The translations under genes and the position numbers were made by a program. DNA of 45,365 nt from an uncultured Candidatus Bathyarchaeia archaeon (GTDB lineage Archaea; Thermoproteota; Bathyarchaeia; Bathyarchaeales; Bathyarchaeaceae), in NCBI GenBank assembly GCA_964346895.1, contig CAYFWY010000002.1:1-45365 (forward strand). The letters are read 5' to 3'. Below are positions 45,021 through 45,365 of this stretch, piece by piece (the first letter of the stretch is position 1; the number at the start of each line of letters is the position of its first letter). The notes under the pieces were generated by a model. It saw only the letters and a program-made list of their open reading frames with translations, did no database searches and was not told the DNA's origin.

Positions 45021-45365
45021 TTAACTTGGTTTTATTATCCCGTCTTTCATCATTATTTTTCTTTCTGCATAGCCGGCAATATCTTTTTCATGGGTGATGA
45101 CAATAATTGTGGTTTTTGTCTCTTCATGGAATTTTTTGAGTAAATCCATGACTTGTTTTCCGGGTGTTGAAATGAGGCAACAATGAATAGGTTTGGAATA
45201 TGAAGCCCATCTCCAACAGCCTAGACTTGGACTTGGCAGAATCACTTAATTCATGAAGGTTTTTCCCGCGAAACAGTACAACTCCATAATCGGGTTTATC
45301 GAGACCTGCGATGCAATTTAAGAGAGTTGTTTTTCCTGCCCCAGAATTTCCTAAAATCGCAACAA
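45021..45365 (-). pseudogene. ABC-transporter ATP-binding protein (MacB/LolD-like) with internal deletion and frameshift; runs off the window
   Basis: My reverse translation from the window edge gives 'VAILGNSGAGKTTLLNCIAGLDKPDYGVVLFRGKNLHELSDSAKSKSRLLEMGFIFQTYSLLPHF' (Walker A, Q-loop). It then reads 'NTRKTSHGFTQKIP' and stops at 45124-45126. A different frame (ORF 45021..45245) holds the normal C-terminus 'STPGKQVMDLLKKFHEETKTTIIVITHEKDIAGYAERKIMMKDGII'. The LSGGQ signature and Walker B are missing between the two parts. Confidence 0.6.

Noticed and set aside
1-45365. tRNA, rRNA, SRP/RNase P RNA genes and CRISPR arrays
   Set aside because: I scanned the intergenic regions on both strands for T-loop GGTTCRANYC-type sequences and for regularly spaced 25-40 nt direct repeats and found none. 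This was a by-eye search, so small ncRNAs cannot be excluded.

Overview
Archaeal chromosomal fragment with about 50 protein genes. I found no rRNA, tRNA or CRISPR array by eye. Three lineage clues point to a TACK-type archaeon, possibly Bathyarchaeia-like (this is inference). They are a Cdv/ESCRT-III division cluster (cdvB-cdvA-cdvB-cdvC/Vps4), an H4MPT-type formyltransferase (Ftr), and an archaeosortase plus a presenilin-type protease. Recognisable housekeeping content: thioredoxin, two Bcp peroxiredoxins, MsrA and MsrB; a branched-chain amino-acid cluster (ilvD divergent from cimA/leuA-ilvB-ilvN-ilvC); NadB, GdhA, MobB-like and CitG-like genes; PadR, Lrp/AsnC and small wHTH regulators. Most notable observations: (1) A tightly coupled three-gene module at 15.6-19.1 kb. 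It encodes a short-armed SMC-type ATPase whose head motifs look Smc5/6-like, a ScpA/Nse4-like kleisin, and a tandem winged-helix 'kite' protein with MAGE/Nse3-like strings. (2) Three adjacent paralogs of a large Pol-beta-type nucleotidyltransferase with a C-terminal OB-like domain (2.3-5.5 kb). (3) A strongly over-represented alternating purine-pyrimidine GC-rich palindromic motif (core ATGCGCGCGCAA/T plus variants) that sits at gene boundaries across the whole window. (4) A sharp GC-content step at about 1.0 kb, marked by a pair of these motifs and a small ORF with a possibly mobile-element-like peptide motif. (5) Several genes with irregular starts or decay: cdvA and cimA lack canonical in-frame starts, and an ABC ATPase has an internal deletion. 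All functional calls come from motif recognition in the supplied translations. No database searches were run.
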